From Amoebophrya sp. A120 (taxonomy: Eukaryota; Protista; Dinoflagellata), in NCBI GenBank assembly GCA_905178155.1, contig CAJINV010000009.1:3723556-3787555 (forward strand): DNA of 64,000 bases. The letters are read 5' to 3'. The notes under the pieces are model-generated. The model saw only the letters and a program-made list of their open reading frames with translations. It searched no databases and was not told where the DNA came from. Positions within the stretch are counted from its first letter, which is position 1, and each line of letters opens with the position of its first letter. The position numbers were made by a program, and so were the translations under genes. This document shows, piece by piece, positions 52,350 through 64,000 of this stretch.

Positions 52350-54841
52350 TCATCGTGCTGCGCTACTTCATGTCGACGGTGGAGGGATTGGGAGTCCTCC
52401 ACTGCGGGCTTCAGCCGACAGGTAACTCTGTTGCTTCGCCCTCGCAACCATTCGACACAGTAGTGGCTCGCTTCTTCTCGTAGGCGTGGCGTCTGGGCAC
52501 TCTGGCAACGGGCTTCGGTCTCGACCCTGTTGTGTGCCAGCGCTACAACTCCAAACTTTGCGCCCCGAGCCATCCGAGTGGTTTGACACGCATCACGGTG
52601 TAGTAGCTAGTATGTTGCGTTGTCTCTCCATCAGAAAATACGACATCAAGTGAAGACGCACAGCAAGCGGACACAACTACGGCCGCGGATCCACCAGCGA
52701 GCCACTACATTCAAGCGGCCTGCGACACCTCCATGGGGGCGTTTGCAGTACAGACCGGCAGTTGGGCTTTGAGCAAGAACCGAGGAAGACAGCGCCCCAG
52801 TGGTTTACAGATCGGATCTATCAGAAAAGACAAAAGACGGTGGAAACAGATCTGGCTGAATGCGAGTGCTGATCTCAGAGCGCGATCAGGATCAAGCACA
52901 CTCTGATGGTTTTCTTTCATGAAAGTACTTCAACACCAAAATGGTGAAGCGCGATGCCGTGGGCAACATCGGGGCGAAGTTTTTGTAGAAGATGACAGGC
53001 ACTGAAGATGGTGCAAGAACAGCCTGGAACAAGCTATGGAGCGAAAGCTATTGCGCATGCTGGTCATTTATTTCTGGCCCGAAATAATAACAAACATGTG
53101 AACATCCCCACAAGAGTCTTGATTTTATGCACTTTCAAATTTAAATGCTACCATGCAAATTGAAAAGCTTCGATAGGAGGTACCCTCGACGACGCATCAA
53201 TCGGCTCCAGCCCGGCCTACTCAACAAAGACGATGCGACAAATCAAGAAGTATCTTTATGATGTCCCACGATGTCACGACGAAATCAAGCGAGACAGTTC
53301 CAAACAGCCCCGGGGGGGCCTGTCCTACGTGCCCTCCACGCATTTTGCCCCCTGGGCTGCTGCCGGTTTGCATATGTGTATATCGAGGTGCTGGACTGCG
53401 CTCACCTGGGGGTTGGAAATTATGATTTGATTTGTTATATGTGACATCCATCGTGGGAACTTTACTTCCATAACTGATCATGACGGTAGGCGCGCCGCCG
53501 GGACGGGGGACCGGGTGCTGCTCGTGGGGGGCCGCAGCGCGGACACGACTTGTAGCACATGGACGAAGCGCGAAGCCGGGATAAACCGCGAGGACGTGCC
53601 CGTGATGGCGGCGGAGCTAATGGTGACGAGGACGACCACACCAAACAGGGCGACGCGATGACGAAACGGGTGCGGTGCCGGCACGATAGCGCGGCAATTG
53701 AGGTTGATGAAGCTGTGTGCAGCAGGCTCTTGTATGTGGCGGAAAAAAAATAAAAAAGTGTGAAGACTGTTGATGTGAAGAATGAAAGAAAATGAGAGAC
53801 AAGAACAAATACTGGACGTGCTGTGGCTAGAGTAGCAAAGGAGGAAAAAGTAAAAAATATATATCGGTCTAGATGTAAAAATGAGAAATAAATAATCGGT
53901 CGTGGGCGGTGTCGAAAGCAAAAGTTTCAATGTGGTTTTTTTTACTAGCGCCTCCGATGGTATGTCGGTGCCTATCTTTGGACGTAACACACCGACCCAC
54001 GCTACATAAACGGGGGCGATAGATAAATACACTAAGTGCGTGACTCCTCCCCCCCTGCAAACTGACAGTCCATTGGAGCCCCGGGTTTGTACACCGTTCG
54101 GGACTATCTGGGTTGTTGGGGTGCAGATACGATATGACACTGACCGCAGACTTGTATGATTTGTATGCCGGCGCGCGGCAGTTGTCGTGATAGTGCTAGA
54201 TGAAGGGCATGCCTGCGTGTGACGGACCGGTAGAGGTGTAGTTCTGTTCAAAAGGTTGTAGTTCCGGATGCTGCGATAGTTTTTTGCCCGGTCGGCGCCA
54301 CTAAAGCACACGCAAAGACGTAGACGGGTTTGGGGCTATATTTACAAGGCAGCGCTACTAGTACCAAGAAGACAAAACTTTTACACCAAAAGCACTAATA
54401 CACTAATACGAGGATGATATACTAGACGGGGTTTAGGGTTATAAGTCTGTGATCAGGCTTGGCGCGCTATTAAAGCGTTTGCTTCATTACAAGACCACCA
54501 CTACGGTGGCCCGCAGTGCCCACACCAGGCACCGGGAAGTGAAAGTTTTAGTAGTGAAGTACTTTGGCGGAGGTGCCTAAACACCCGAGTCGGGTACAAG
54601 TAGTCGCACTAGGCACAATGATTAGGTGCTACACTACTCGCCACGCACGCCCATACCATACCATACAGATCTACGGTTCCTTTTGCTTGGCTAGTCAACT
54701 GCGAAAACATGTCCTATGGTTAGCTTAAAAGAGAAAATAGCTTAGTAGATAGAAGCTGACTGTAGTGGTTTCCTCCTCCTCCTCCTATTTCGCAGTACTT
54801 ACAAATTCCTGCAAGACGAGTTCTGAGTAGTTCCTCCGGAC

Positions 54842-54918
54842 CGGAGCCGCAGTCTTCGACGATGAAAATTAAAGTCAAACTTTGACTTTAATTTTCATCG
54901 TCGAAGACTGCGGCTCCG
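54842..54918. repeat. 77-bp palindrome with perfect 38-bp arms and a 1-nt centre
   Basis: CGGAGCCGCAGTCTTCGACGATGAAAATTAAAGTCAAA-C-TTTGACTTTAATTTTCATCGTCGAAGACTGCGGCTCCG. Confidence 0.95.
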
Positions 54919-55896
54919 TGTTAACGGTTAACGGTTTGACTAAAATTATTCAAAGTTTTTTTTTTGTCGCGCTAGCGGTCCCAAAAGGCAGCGATCTTAA
55001 AACGAGCGGGGCGCAAGCAGCTAGACCGGGCACAGCGACACCTTGAAGCGAGCGAAAGGTGGCCGACCTTTCTGAGGAGATGGGAGGCTCGTGCATGCTT
55101 TTGCTCATTTTGCAGACTCCTCTGAATGGACAGAGCAGAGCGGTCCAGATCTGCGGAACTCTTCTCTGAAGGGTGCGAACTTTGTCTACTCGAGAATCTT
55201 GCTGCTTCGGGTGCCTCTGGCGCAAAATTCGGAGGGGGTCCCAAAAAAACCGTTAACATGGCCAGAATCAGACGCATGTTAGCGGTTTTTTCTTGGATCG
55301 ACACGGAAATCAATAAAAAACCGTTAACATGGCCAGAATTAGGCGCATGCTAACGGTTTTTTTTGGGTCGAATAATTTGTGGCCTCTGGGCCGGAGCACG
55401 TGAAAATTTTCAAAAAACACCCGTTAGCATGCACTTATTTCTGGCCGAAGGGGTTGCCGAAAGCTTGGCTTTTTGTTGAGCCGGGAAAAAACCGTTAGCA
55501 TGCACCTACTTTTGGCCATGTTAGCGGGTATTTTGTGGATCCCTCGAAATTTGGCTTCGGGACACCTCCAAACCAAGATTTTCGGACTGGGCCTGAAAAA
55601 ACCGTTAACATGGCTATCACAGCGTGCATGTTAACGGTTTTTTCTGTATTCAAAACAGGTCCGACGCCAGAGGCACGCCGGGGCGGCCTGGAGACCTTCG
55701 CTCACGCCGGCCTTGTTAAGGGAGTGGGGTAATGATTTCACATGTGCCCGAACTACCCACCTGTGTCCAATAATTGCCTTGCTTACTGCCTAGCCATTTT
55801 GGTAGCTGGAGAAAAAAAAACTTTTGAAAAAAGATAGTGGAACCGTTAACGTTAACGCTTTTTTCGCAGTCTCCGACGATGAAAATTAAAGTCAAA
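54881..55896. mobile_element. Non-autonomous TIR element (MITE-like, about 1016 bp) with an internal array of inverted-repeat units
   Basis: 32-bp TIRs (54881-54912 versus 55865-55896, one mismatch), inverted GTTAAC blocks just inside, no convincing ORF. Confidence 0.7.
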
Positions 55897-57281
55897 CAAG
55901 TGCCCTTGGCACCGAATCAATCTTCGGAATTTGTATGATACAGCCTTTTTTTTCATGCAGCTGCACGAACACACCTTATCATGAAACTTCTATTTGTTTC
56001 CACAGTGTGAAAAGTGTGATGTTGAAGGTGAGGCAAGTGGAGGCAGAGCAATCAAGTAGAACGCTCTTTAGATACAGCAGCAAGTCCAAGCTCTTGACAT
56101 CTTCTTTTCTGTTCGATGCGATAGCTATTGTTCCGGAAAGCAGGAGAAGTCGAGTCCGTCGTATATTATATATTCTGTGTTACACTTCTTACCTAGTACG
56201 TTTCCTCTCAAGGTACTTTGCACTATCGAGGAAGATGAACGACTCTAGTAGCGTACTAGATTTTCCTGATGGTTGGGCAGAAAGGTGTTGTGCATTGTGC
56301 AACATCCGGAGGAGGTTTTTTTTTCAGGACAACTAGGCCAAACAATCTTTGCCAAAAATATACAGTTCTTCTTCACATAGCGCTAGTACCACCTTGATGA
56401 GAAGAAGAAGAAGAAGAACCGTTCTCCGAAGGAATAATTGCTATCGCGAGTCCACACGACTAAGTAAGTAGCAAATAAGAACCAGAGTAAGAAGACGAAC
56501 ACAAGCAGCCCACACTTCTCCCACGGACGCTCGTAAGAGATGGAAAACGAGCTGCAAGATGAACAAGCTTTGTTTATGCTTGGATAATGATACTGATACT
56601 CGCGTTCAAAAGAGAGATTTTCAGGCTGGACGAGAATTCTTGCGTCAGGCCGCACACTAGAACTGAGCGAAAGCAAACAGGAGCGAAATCGGATGAGTAG
56701 CGGGAAAAAAATTGGTAGTTGTGTGAGTGCAGAAAAAAAAACCCGGTTGCGTCGTAGAGGAGAGTCTCTCCGGTGCGTCATCAAGCAGAGTGAATGAGCG
56801 CAAACGTTTTTTTTTCATTTCCCACTTCGCTTTCTACTACTTTTGTGGTTTTTATTATGTCTGATATCGCAAATTCGCTAACGCTATCGTAATCGTTGCA
56901 TTCTAGGCACGAGAAATAGACCACTTAGACCCACAAATAAAAAACGACCTTGAGTTCTTGCGTCGTTGGCGTTTCTTCTTCTCCTTCTATGTAACATTTT
57001 CATCTCTCGTCGTCAGCTTTCTCCCCTAAAAATGAACTCCACCAGCAATCCTGCCCGAACCCGAAGCGCACCGTTGTTGCAGCACAAGTCCAACTACCCC
57101 TCATCTTGCACAAAGTCATGAAGATATCACCCCCATGCATCAGGAATTTAGAAATTAATTCAGTAGAGTTGTTGCAAGATGAAGAATGACGAGCTGATCA
57201 CGAAGATGATTTGATATGATATTGCGGAGCAGATGAGGAGCCTTGTTGTGTGACTACGACTATCAAAAATATAAAAATACG

Positions 57282-60200
57282 ATGCAGAGCCTCGAAGAGG
57301 TAAACAAAATGACGAAACCCACCTCAACCGCTTCGCTTCTCACCGGGTCCAGCCTGGCAGCCTCCTCCTCGCGGTCGCTCCGCGAGCGCTGCCCGACGCT
57401 GTGCATTTCCGGGTTCGGGACCCGCGGCTCCTCCTTCAACGGGGTTTACGAGTGGCGAAACTCTGCCGGGAACTACAAGAAGCAGAACGGCAACTACGAG
57501 ATCACACCGGTTTCCAATGTTATGCAATACAAATTTCCCGTACATTATGTACAAGATGCATCACAAATTTTTCTTATTAGGAGCGTGAAACTTGTCATGC
57601 TAAACTAGGTTCGAAGCCAAGTTTTGTCATGCAGGCACCGCATTTGTACGTGTGCGGGAAATTTCCTGTGAATAAATGTCGGCTGGATCGCCCATACCTC
57701 CGACGGGGGGCAGAGAAACCCGCTGTTCAAGGTATCAAATGTAAAAATGTCTGGGTCTGGAAGATTGCCAGGTTTGTCATGCACATTTCGCATGACTCCT
57801 CATGTCTGTGATGCATGCCCTAGCATCACAGATTTTGTGAGGGCTTCCTGATGCCTATACCGCATGACAAATGCTCTTTCCTTGTAGCAAAACTTGGACT
57901 CTTTTTGCTGCTCATGCAATACAGATTTTTTTAGAATCCAATATCAGCATGACAAGTTGGATTCTTCCAGACCCAGACATTTTTACAGTTGATACAAGGA
58001 GTCCGGCGGCAACACGGTCGACTATGAAGTGCAAAAGTATAATGATCCTCGTACATATACTAACTGGAACTAGTCCTAGTGCGAATTGCATTACAAATTG
58101 ACTTAGCGTTAGAAGTTGATGAATTTCTCATGCGTATTTGCCTGAGGAAAGAGATTTGTAATGCTAAAAATGCATATCACACTCAATAATAATAATTAGC
58201 TTTTGCAATGCATATCGATCTTGCCGTTACCAACGTGCCCCCAACGAAGTCCTGGACGCACCTCGGTACCGGGACGAAGTACCACATCGAGTCTCAGTGT
58301 CTATGCATTGCAAAAGTATCGTGCTCGTATAAATGCATTACAAATTTCCTTAGCATGAGAAATAAAATTTGTAATGCAGATTTGCCTTGGAAACAAGATT
58401 TGTAATGCAAGACTTGCATTTGTACGAGTGCGATACTTTTGCACAGGATAGCGCTGCCACCTGGGCGATTCGCTGCTCGACAGCGTGTTTAACGGTGGAA
58501 CCGGGACGCTGGACGGGTCCTCCGGTGACGTCGGCGCGATATGAAATGCAAAAGTGTCTGGGTCTGGAAGTCGAATGCAAGTTTGTCATGCTTGTCTGGC
58601 ATGACTCGAGAATCTGTGTTGCATAGTCACGAAAGAGCCCTCTTAACTGTCATGCGAAAAGGCAGCTTGCCATGCGGATTACGTAAGACATGGCAGCCAC
58701 AAAATTTGTCATGCATAGCTGCGTATTGCGGCGCGTGGTCTATCATTCACTTTTAGCATTACAAGTTTCATCCAGACCCAGACACTTCTGCATTTCATAC
58801 GCGACCGTGTTTGTCTATTCGATGTTCGTCCTCTCTTATCGCAAGAAAAAACTGTCTCGGCAAAACAAGAAAATTGTGAAGGAAGAATTAAAAATAAAGA
58901 TCATTCGTTCTTCAGATAGCAAGCGAAAACACATATAAATGAAATACGCCTCTCTTCCATGATCTCCAGCATCGCAAGAACTACCTGTCCTCTCACGAGA
59001 TAGGAAGTCGCACAGTAACTTTGCAATTTGAGACTGAGACTGAGACAGTTTTTTCTCACGATATTTCGCTCGTCGCGATCGTGGGCTGTTTTTGCTGCAT
59101 CAAGCGGTCCAAAGTGCACAAGAACAACTACTGGCTGGCGTTCTTGCCGGGGCTGGGGCGGTTCGAGCCCTATTTCCGGTTCAAAAAGAAAACCTTCGAG
59201 TTGGACGCGGGGATAAAGCGGCACAAAGTGATTTCCCCACGGGAACTAGAAGAAACCGTGGAAACCGTGGAAAAAGCAATTCGAGAGGGGCAGTTGCCGC
59301 AGCAGCTATCCACTGGAAATACGTCTGGGTCTGGAACACCCAGTGGAGCTTGTCTTGCATGTTTTGCATTCGTCCTGATAAATCTGTATTGCACAGGAGC
59401 CCGCAAACAAGGTGCCAGCGCTTTTTGGTCTACGCATGGCCCGGCGCCAAGAATTAAACTTTTCTTGCTTGGCTGCACTTGAGAGCGCCAGACTTGCTTC
59501 CGTTCTCTGGCATCACAAGTTCCATCTAGAGCGAGAGCCAGATGACAACATATTTGCAATGCATAGCAGCAGGTCGTCATCAACGTTTTGTCCCCCGTAT
59601 CCTGTGCAAAAGTATTGCATTCGTATGAGTGCAAGTCTTGCATTACAAATCTTTGTCTTAAGGCAAATCCGCATGCCAAATTTTATTTCTCACGCTGAGG
59701 AAATTTGTGATGCATTTATACGAGTACGATACTTTTGCAGTTCATACCCCGCGAAGCAGCAGCAGCTGCAGCAGCAGGGGGTGCTGAGTGCGGGGCAAAG
59801 CATCAACTTACCGGACCAGTCGCCGGGCGCAGCGAGTCTGCGGTCGAAAAGGTCTTTGTCCGTGGATACGGCTGGTACTTACAACAAGTCAGTGTGTGCA
59901 CTCCTCCCATGTTTCAGTTTCTATATAGATGTCATGCTGGTCGTTGTACAGAGGGTTTTGCACTCACAGGAACGCCTGTCATGCAGCGGATGTCGTCAAT
60001 TCTTTTGAAGAATCTAGTGCTTCCAACACAACTGCAGGTAACCAAACGAACCGGTCTTCCATCTTCTCCCCAGAAGCACCCGGAAGCGTCCTATCCACAA
60101 GAAAAAACCCATCCCCAAGAACATGATCCATTTTGTTCATCTGAATCACAAACTACACTTGCTGTGATGGATTTGCATGAGGTTTTGCATATACAAATTG

Positions 60201-63200
60201 GATCGGCGGGATAATGCAGGTTTTTTCCCTGTGGATACGTCCCTCGACAACCCTACCCGTTACCGGACACACTGGATCAGATAGGGGTGATGCACCAAAC
60301 CGCCTCGCCCAATAAGTTCGTCCACTACGAAGATTTTAGCCCAGGACCGTGGGAATGCGAGCTGTGTGGGTACCGAAATCCGGGCCAGTGCACGAATTGC
60401 CACGCATGTCACCGGGTTCGGGGGTAAGTGAAATATGTACTTACTATGGAGGTGCAAGGGTTGGAACGCCTCTTCGTCTTCCACCTTCGTAGTAAGCGTA
60501 TCATTGCGAGAGAGTTAGTACTTTCGTAATATTATAGAGTTGTTGTAGTGTTGTAGTTTCACTTGATATCGTAGGAGAGCACGCTAAGTCTTTTGAACTT
60601 GAAGTGACAATATACATCAAAAATCTTCTACAACCCTAGGTACGTCCCCCGGCGCGCGCACCGAAAATCGGACAAAAACAAATTCCAAACTGTGGACCAA
60701 ATGGTGAAGCAGACGCAACGGGCGATGAAAAAGGCCCAGCCCGAGATTTTTGGCAGTGTCGACGACGCGACCACGGATGACACGCGGTCGGTGGTGTCCC
60801 TGGACTCCTTGAACGACGGCTTAAATTCCGTCGACGGGAGATATCGACAGTAAATTTCCCCTACACGTACAAATGCAGTCTCTGCATGACAAAACTTGCC
60901 TTCAATCCTAGTCTAGCATGACAAGTAGGACACTACAAGTTAGCGAAATTTGTCATGCATTTTGTACATGTACGGGAAATTCACATTGCATAGTTGAACG
61001 AACCAGACCACGAGGGGAACGTCCTTTTACGTGGACAAACCCAGTCCGCTGAAAACAAGACCGAAAGAGACGACGGATGGTAGTTATAAATAGGTTTTGC
61101 TGTCGTATGATGAAGCTGTAGATGTAGAAGTAGTCCTCGTGTAACTAGCAGCTCCCCTCCTGCTCGTCGAGTGCATGAGTGACAAAAGTAGAACCCCGCC
61201 ATTCATTTCCCTTAGTAGTTGATTTATTTTCCGCATGACAAACTAAACCAGCTAACTGGGACGGTTCTATGGAGCGGCCGAACGCGGACGCAACCGGCTT
61301 CCTATCAAAACTGATTTTTTTTCTCGTGCGCATACAAGTGCAGTTTTTGCATGACAAAAGTATTCTTCAGTAGTTGTAGTTGGCATGACAAATAATGATA
61401 GGAAAATTTCCAAACGCATTGGCATTTTGTACGTGTTCTGGGGGAAAAATAAATTTGTATTGCATACTTCAAGTGGTTCCACCCCAAGGGGACGAAATTC
61501 GACGGAAAATTTAAGGACCGCACGGACGAGGAGCATAGGAAGGAAATCAAGAAGCAGCTGGAAAAGAACGGCGGAAAGGCTTTGAGCCCAACAGCATTGG
61601 CGCAGTTGGAAAAGAACAGCCCGCAGGCCAAGCGGGCGCTGCAGTACTGGGATCAGTTGATGCAGGGGACGTATCCGGGGCCGGTATAATACTATCAAAG
61701 ATTGGCATTGTATTGAAAAATCACCATCGCGAACGCAATTTTTTTTTGCAAGAATGCAAAAACAAGTTTTATCATGCGCAAAGATGCATCATACGCTAAT
61801 CTCGTCCTCTATGTTTTTGCAATACAAACTCAACCCATTCAGGACCCGCCACCGCTCGACGAGCAGTTTGCGAACAAGGTTCTGAGTACCACAGAAAAAA
61901 CAAGTGTTAACGTTAACGGAATTTGATGCAGTAATGCTAATGCATCAGAAGAGGTGCCCAAAGCCAAACTTGTATTGGTATTGCATTTGCATCGCATGAT
62001 GCGTTATGGATTGAGGGCAAAATTTGTAAAACCGTTAACGTTTTTAACACTTTTTTTGTTTGATACTCAGTCAGGTCACGCAAGACAAGAACGAGCAAAA
62101 GGTTCCCAAGGTGACCAGAGACATGCGGACGCGGGAGCGAATGTTGCACGACTACGTGGAAAGTCCGGAAAAGAAGCAACAAGCTCGCTCGCCGTCAAAA
62201 GGAGACAACGGCGCGACCGCTGAAACAACAACATCAAACAAGAAGAGCAAGAAGAAAAAATCTTTATCAGTGAAGGAGCAGCACATTAAATCCCTGCAGT
62301 TCTTCGAGAATCCCGAAGTGGAAGCAGCAGATATGGGAGTGTCAGGATCGAAATCGTCAAAGGTGAAATAATCTGTAATGCAAAAAAGCGATACCAGCTG
62401 GGGCCCAGTTTGCACGTGGCGCATGGCAAATTTTGGCAGTATGGAAATCCAATTTGTCATGCTGTTTGAGCAGAGATGGCTGCTTTTGCCATGCTACTTT
62501 ATCTCTAGAAGCTCTATCTCACACCCCAAGCAGGCTTATAATCGGCCTCAGTTGCCTGCTCTGTAAGACAGGCACTGTGCGTCTAGCATTTTATGCATCA
62601 CAAGTTTTTTCAACTTTGTCAATTTCGATCCTGACACCCCCATAGCAGAGAAGGAAATGCTAGAGAACCAGAGTCCAAAATCCACCGCCAACATGGGTTA
62701 TTCTGTGCAAAAGTATCGCACTCGTAGTAATTATTGCAATCATGCATTACAAGTCTCGTGCTTAAGGCAAATCTGCATTACAAATTTCATTTCTCATGCT
62801 GAGAAAATTTGTCATGCGATTTATACCAGTACGATGTTTTTGCCTTGCATATGGGCGGGATGAATTTCTCGCCCAAAGAAGACCTCTACAAAGACTCGGA
62901 GGAAGTCGCCGCGCTGCGCCGCGCGGGATTTTCCAAGGATGCAGTCAGGCAATTCCAGGAGAGGGAGGAGGTGTACGAGCAGAAACGGTTGGACGGGCAG
63001 ATCCAGCGGAAAGTGCCGGCGAACATGTTTGATAAGAATGTCTACAACGAATCCACGTCGCCGGTTATGATCCTGGGAAAAAGTGTCGTATGGACGTACT
63101 AGTGATTGCAGTCTATGTATGAAGACACTTTGTTCTTGCAACTACCTGAAGTAGCATGACAGATTTCTTTTGTCCTTCTGAAAAAAATATGATGTCTAGT

Positions 63201-64000
63201 TGCAATTCCAATTTCTACCATGTGCGATACTTTCGCAGTGCATACCGGTGAAACGAAAACTGAATCAGCCAGAGATGAACGTGAACGAAAAAATGCTCGC
63301 GAACCAGAAGAAGGTCACCTCGCAGTTGATCCAAAAGTACACGTCGAACGAGAACATGGCGACCAGCTTCGTTATGGAAGTGTCAGGTTTGAAATCGTCA
63401 AAGTTGAAATAGTTTGCGATGCGTAAAATGCTAGACGCAAAGCGCCTGTCTTGCAGAGCAGGCAACTGAGGCCGATTGTAAGCCTGTTTGGGGTGTGCGA
63501 TAGAGCTGCTAAAATAGCATGACAAAAGCAGTCCTGTCTGCTCAAACAGCATGACAAATTGGATTTCCATGCTGATGCTGCCAAAATTTGTCATGCGCCA
63601 CTTGCAAACTGGGCTCCAGCTGGTATCGCTTTTTTGCATATACAGATTATTTCACCTCTGACGATTTCAATCCTGACGCTCCCATATTCGTCCAGGAAAC
63701 GGAAACCCTGCAAAATCCGGAGCGGGAAAGCTACAAAAAGTGGAACAAGAGCAGCCTCATGTCGCGCTGGCTACCCGGTGTTGGATCGAACAAAAAAAAT
63801 GCCGCACAACCCCCCCCGCCCCCACCGGTCCCCGGGAGAGACGAGGGAGACAAGCGGAGTAGGAGTAGATCGACATCGAAAGAAAACAACAACGGCCTGA
63901 CTTTACCACTGCAGGGGGAAAACAACAATCAGTACTATGATGTTGGCGACGGAAACGCCAATGCTGCTGCTTACCAGCAGCCTCGGACGGAGCAAATTGT
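57282..64000 (+). CDS. Single-pass membrane protein with a RanBP2-type zinc finger, 3'-partial
   Basis: TM segment VFVYSMFVLSLVAIVGCFCCI; WECELCGYRNPGQCTNCHAC. Introners 57521-57674, 57733-57994, 58023-58214, 58302-58450, 58540-58799, 58837-59063, 59307-59565, 59598-59746, 60092-60237, 60842-60992, 61303-61466, 61887-62065, 62332-62644, 62699-62851, 63066-63244, 63373-63686; GT-AG introns 59875-60037, 60424-60639, 61080-61251, 61684-61842. Frame open to the window end; start uncertain. Confidence 0.75.

Noticed and set aside
53290-53345. Peptide PRGGLSYVPS resembling a P-element transposase C-terminal motif
   Set aside because: Short ORF with no catalytic region around it.
53478-54311. 277-aa minus-strand ORF and other long minus-strand ORFs
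   Set aside because: No recognisable motifs; most long minus-strand ORFs are shadows of + strand exons.
54428-54441. Telomere-like GGGTTTAGGGTT
   Set aside because: Fewer than two full units; not an array.
55791-55802. TAGCCATTTTGG, a 12-nt match to the dinoflagellate spliced leader; weaker CATTTTGGC near 7177
   Set aside because: Too short, lacks the CTCAAG end and is not adjacent to a start codon; chance is plausible.
1211-63686. CRISPR-like or phase-variation reading of repeats alternating with unique sequence
   Set aside because: Repeats are 100-400 bp TIR elements of many families and the unique parts join into protein frames; no cas genes.

Overview
Eukaryotic genomic DNA, most likely from the parasitic dinoflagellate Amoebophrya (Syndiniales; inferred from intron style, not from a marker gene). 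Nine protein-coding genes lie head-to-tail on the + strand: a 5'-partial coiled-coil protein, a large multi-pass membrane protein, a predicted N-myristoylated protein, an Nramp-family transporter, a CEBPZ/Mak21(Noc1)-like protein, a hypothetical protein, a fatty-acid-desaturase-like protein, a lineage-specific protein, and a 3'-partial single-pass protein with a RanBP2-type zinc finger. The ORF track is fragmented because coding sequence is interrupted by about 88 short (mostly 109-396 bp) transposon-like introns (introner elements) that I delimited by hand. Nearly all start TAT, end ATA, carry family-specific terminal inverted repeats and sit between 5-bp direct repeats. Removing an element plus one repeat copy restores the frame in every case traced. 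At least 11 families with otherwise unrelated ends share one internal motif, GCAT(G/C/T)ACAA, in both orientations, and insert either way round. Only 9 conventional GT-AG introns were found. No transposase, RNA gene or CRISPR array was recognised. The 51.4-55.9 kb interval is gene-free and repeat-derived, with a 77-bp palindrome joined to a 1-kb TIR element.
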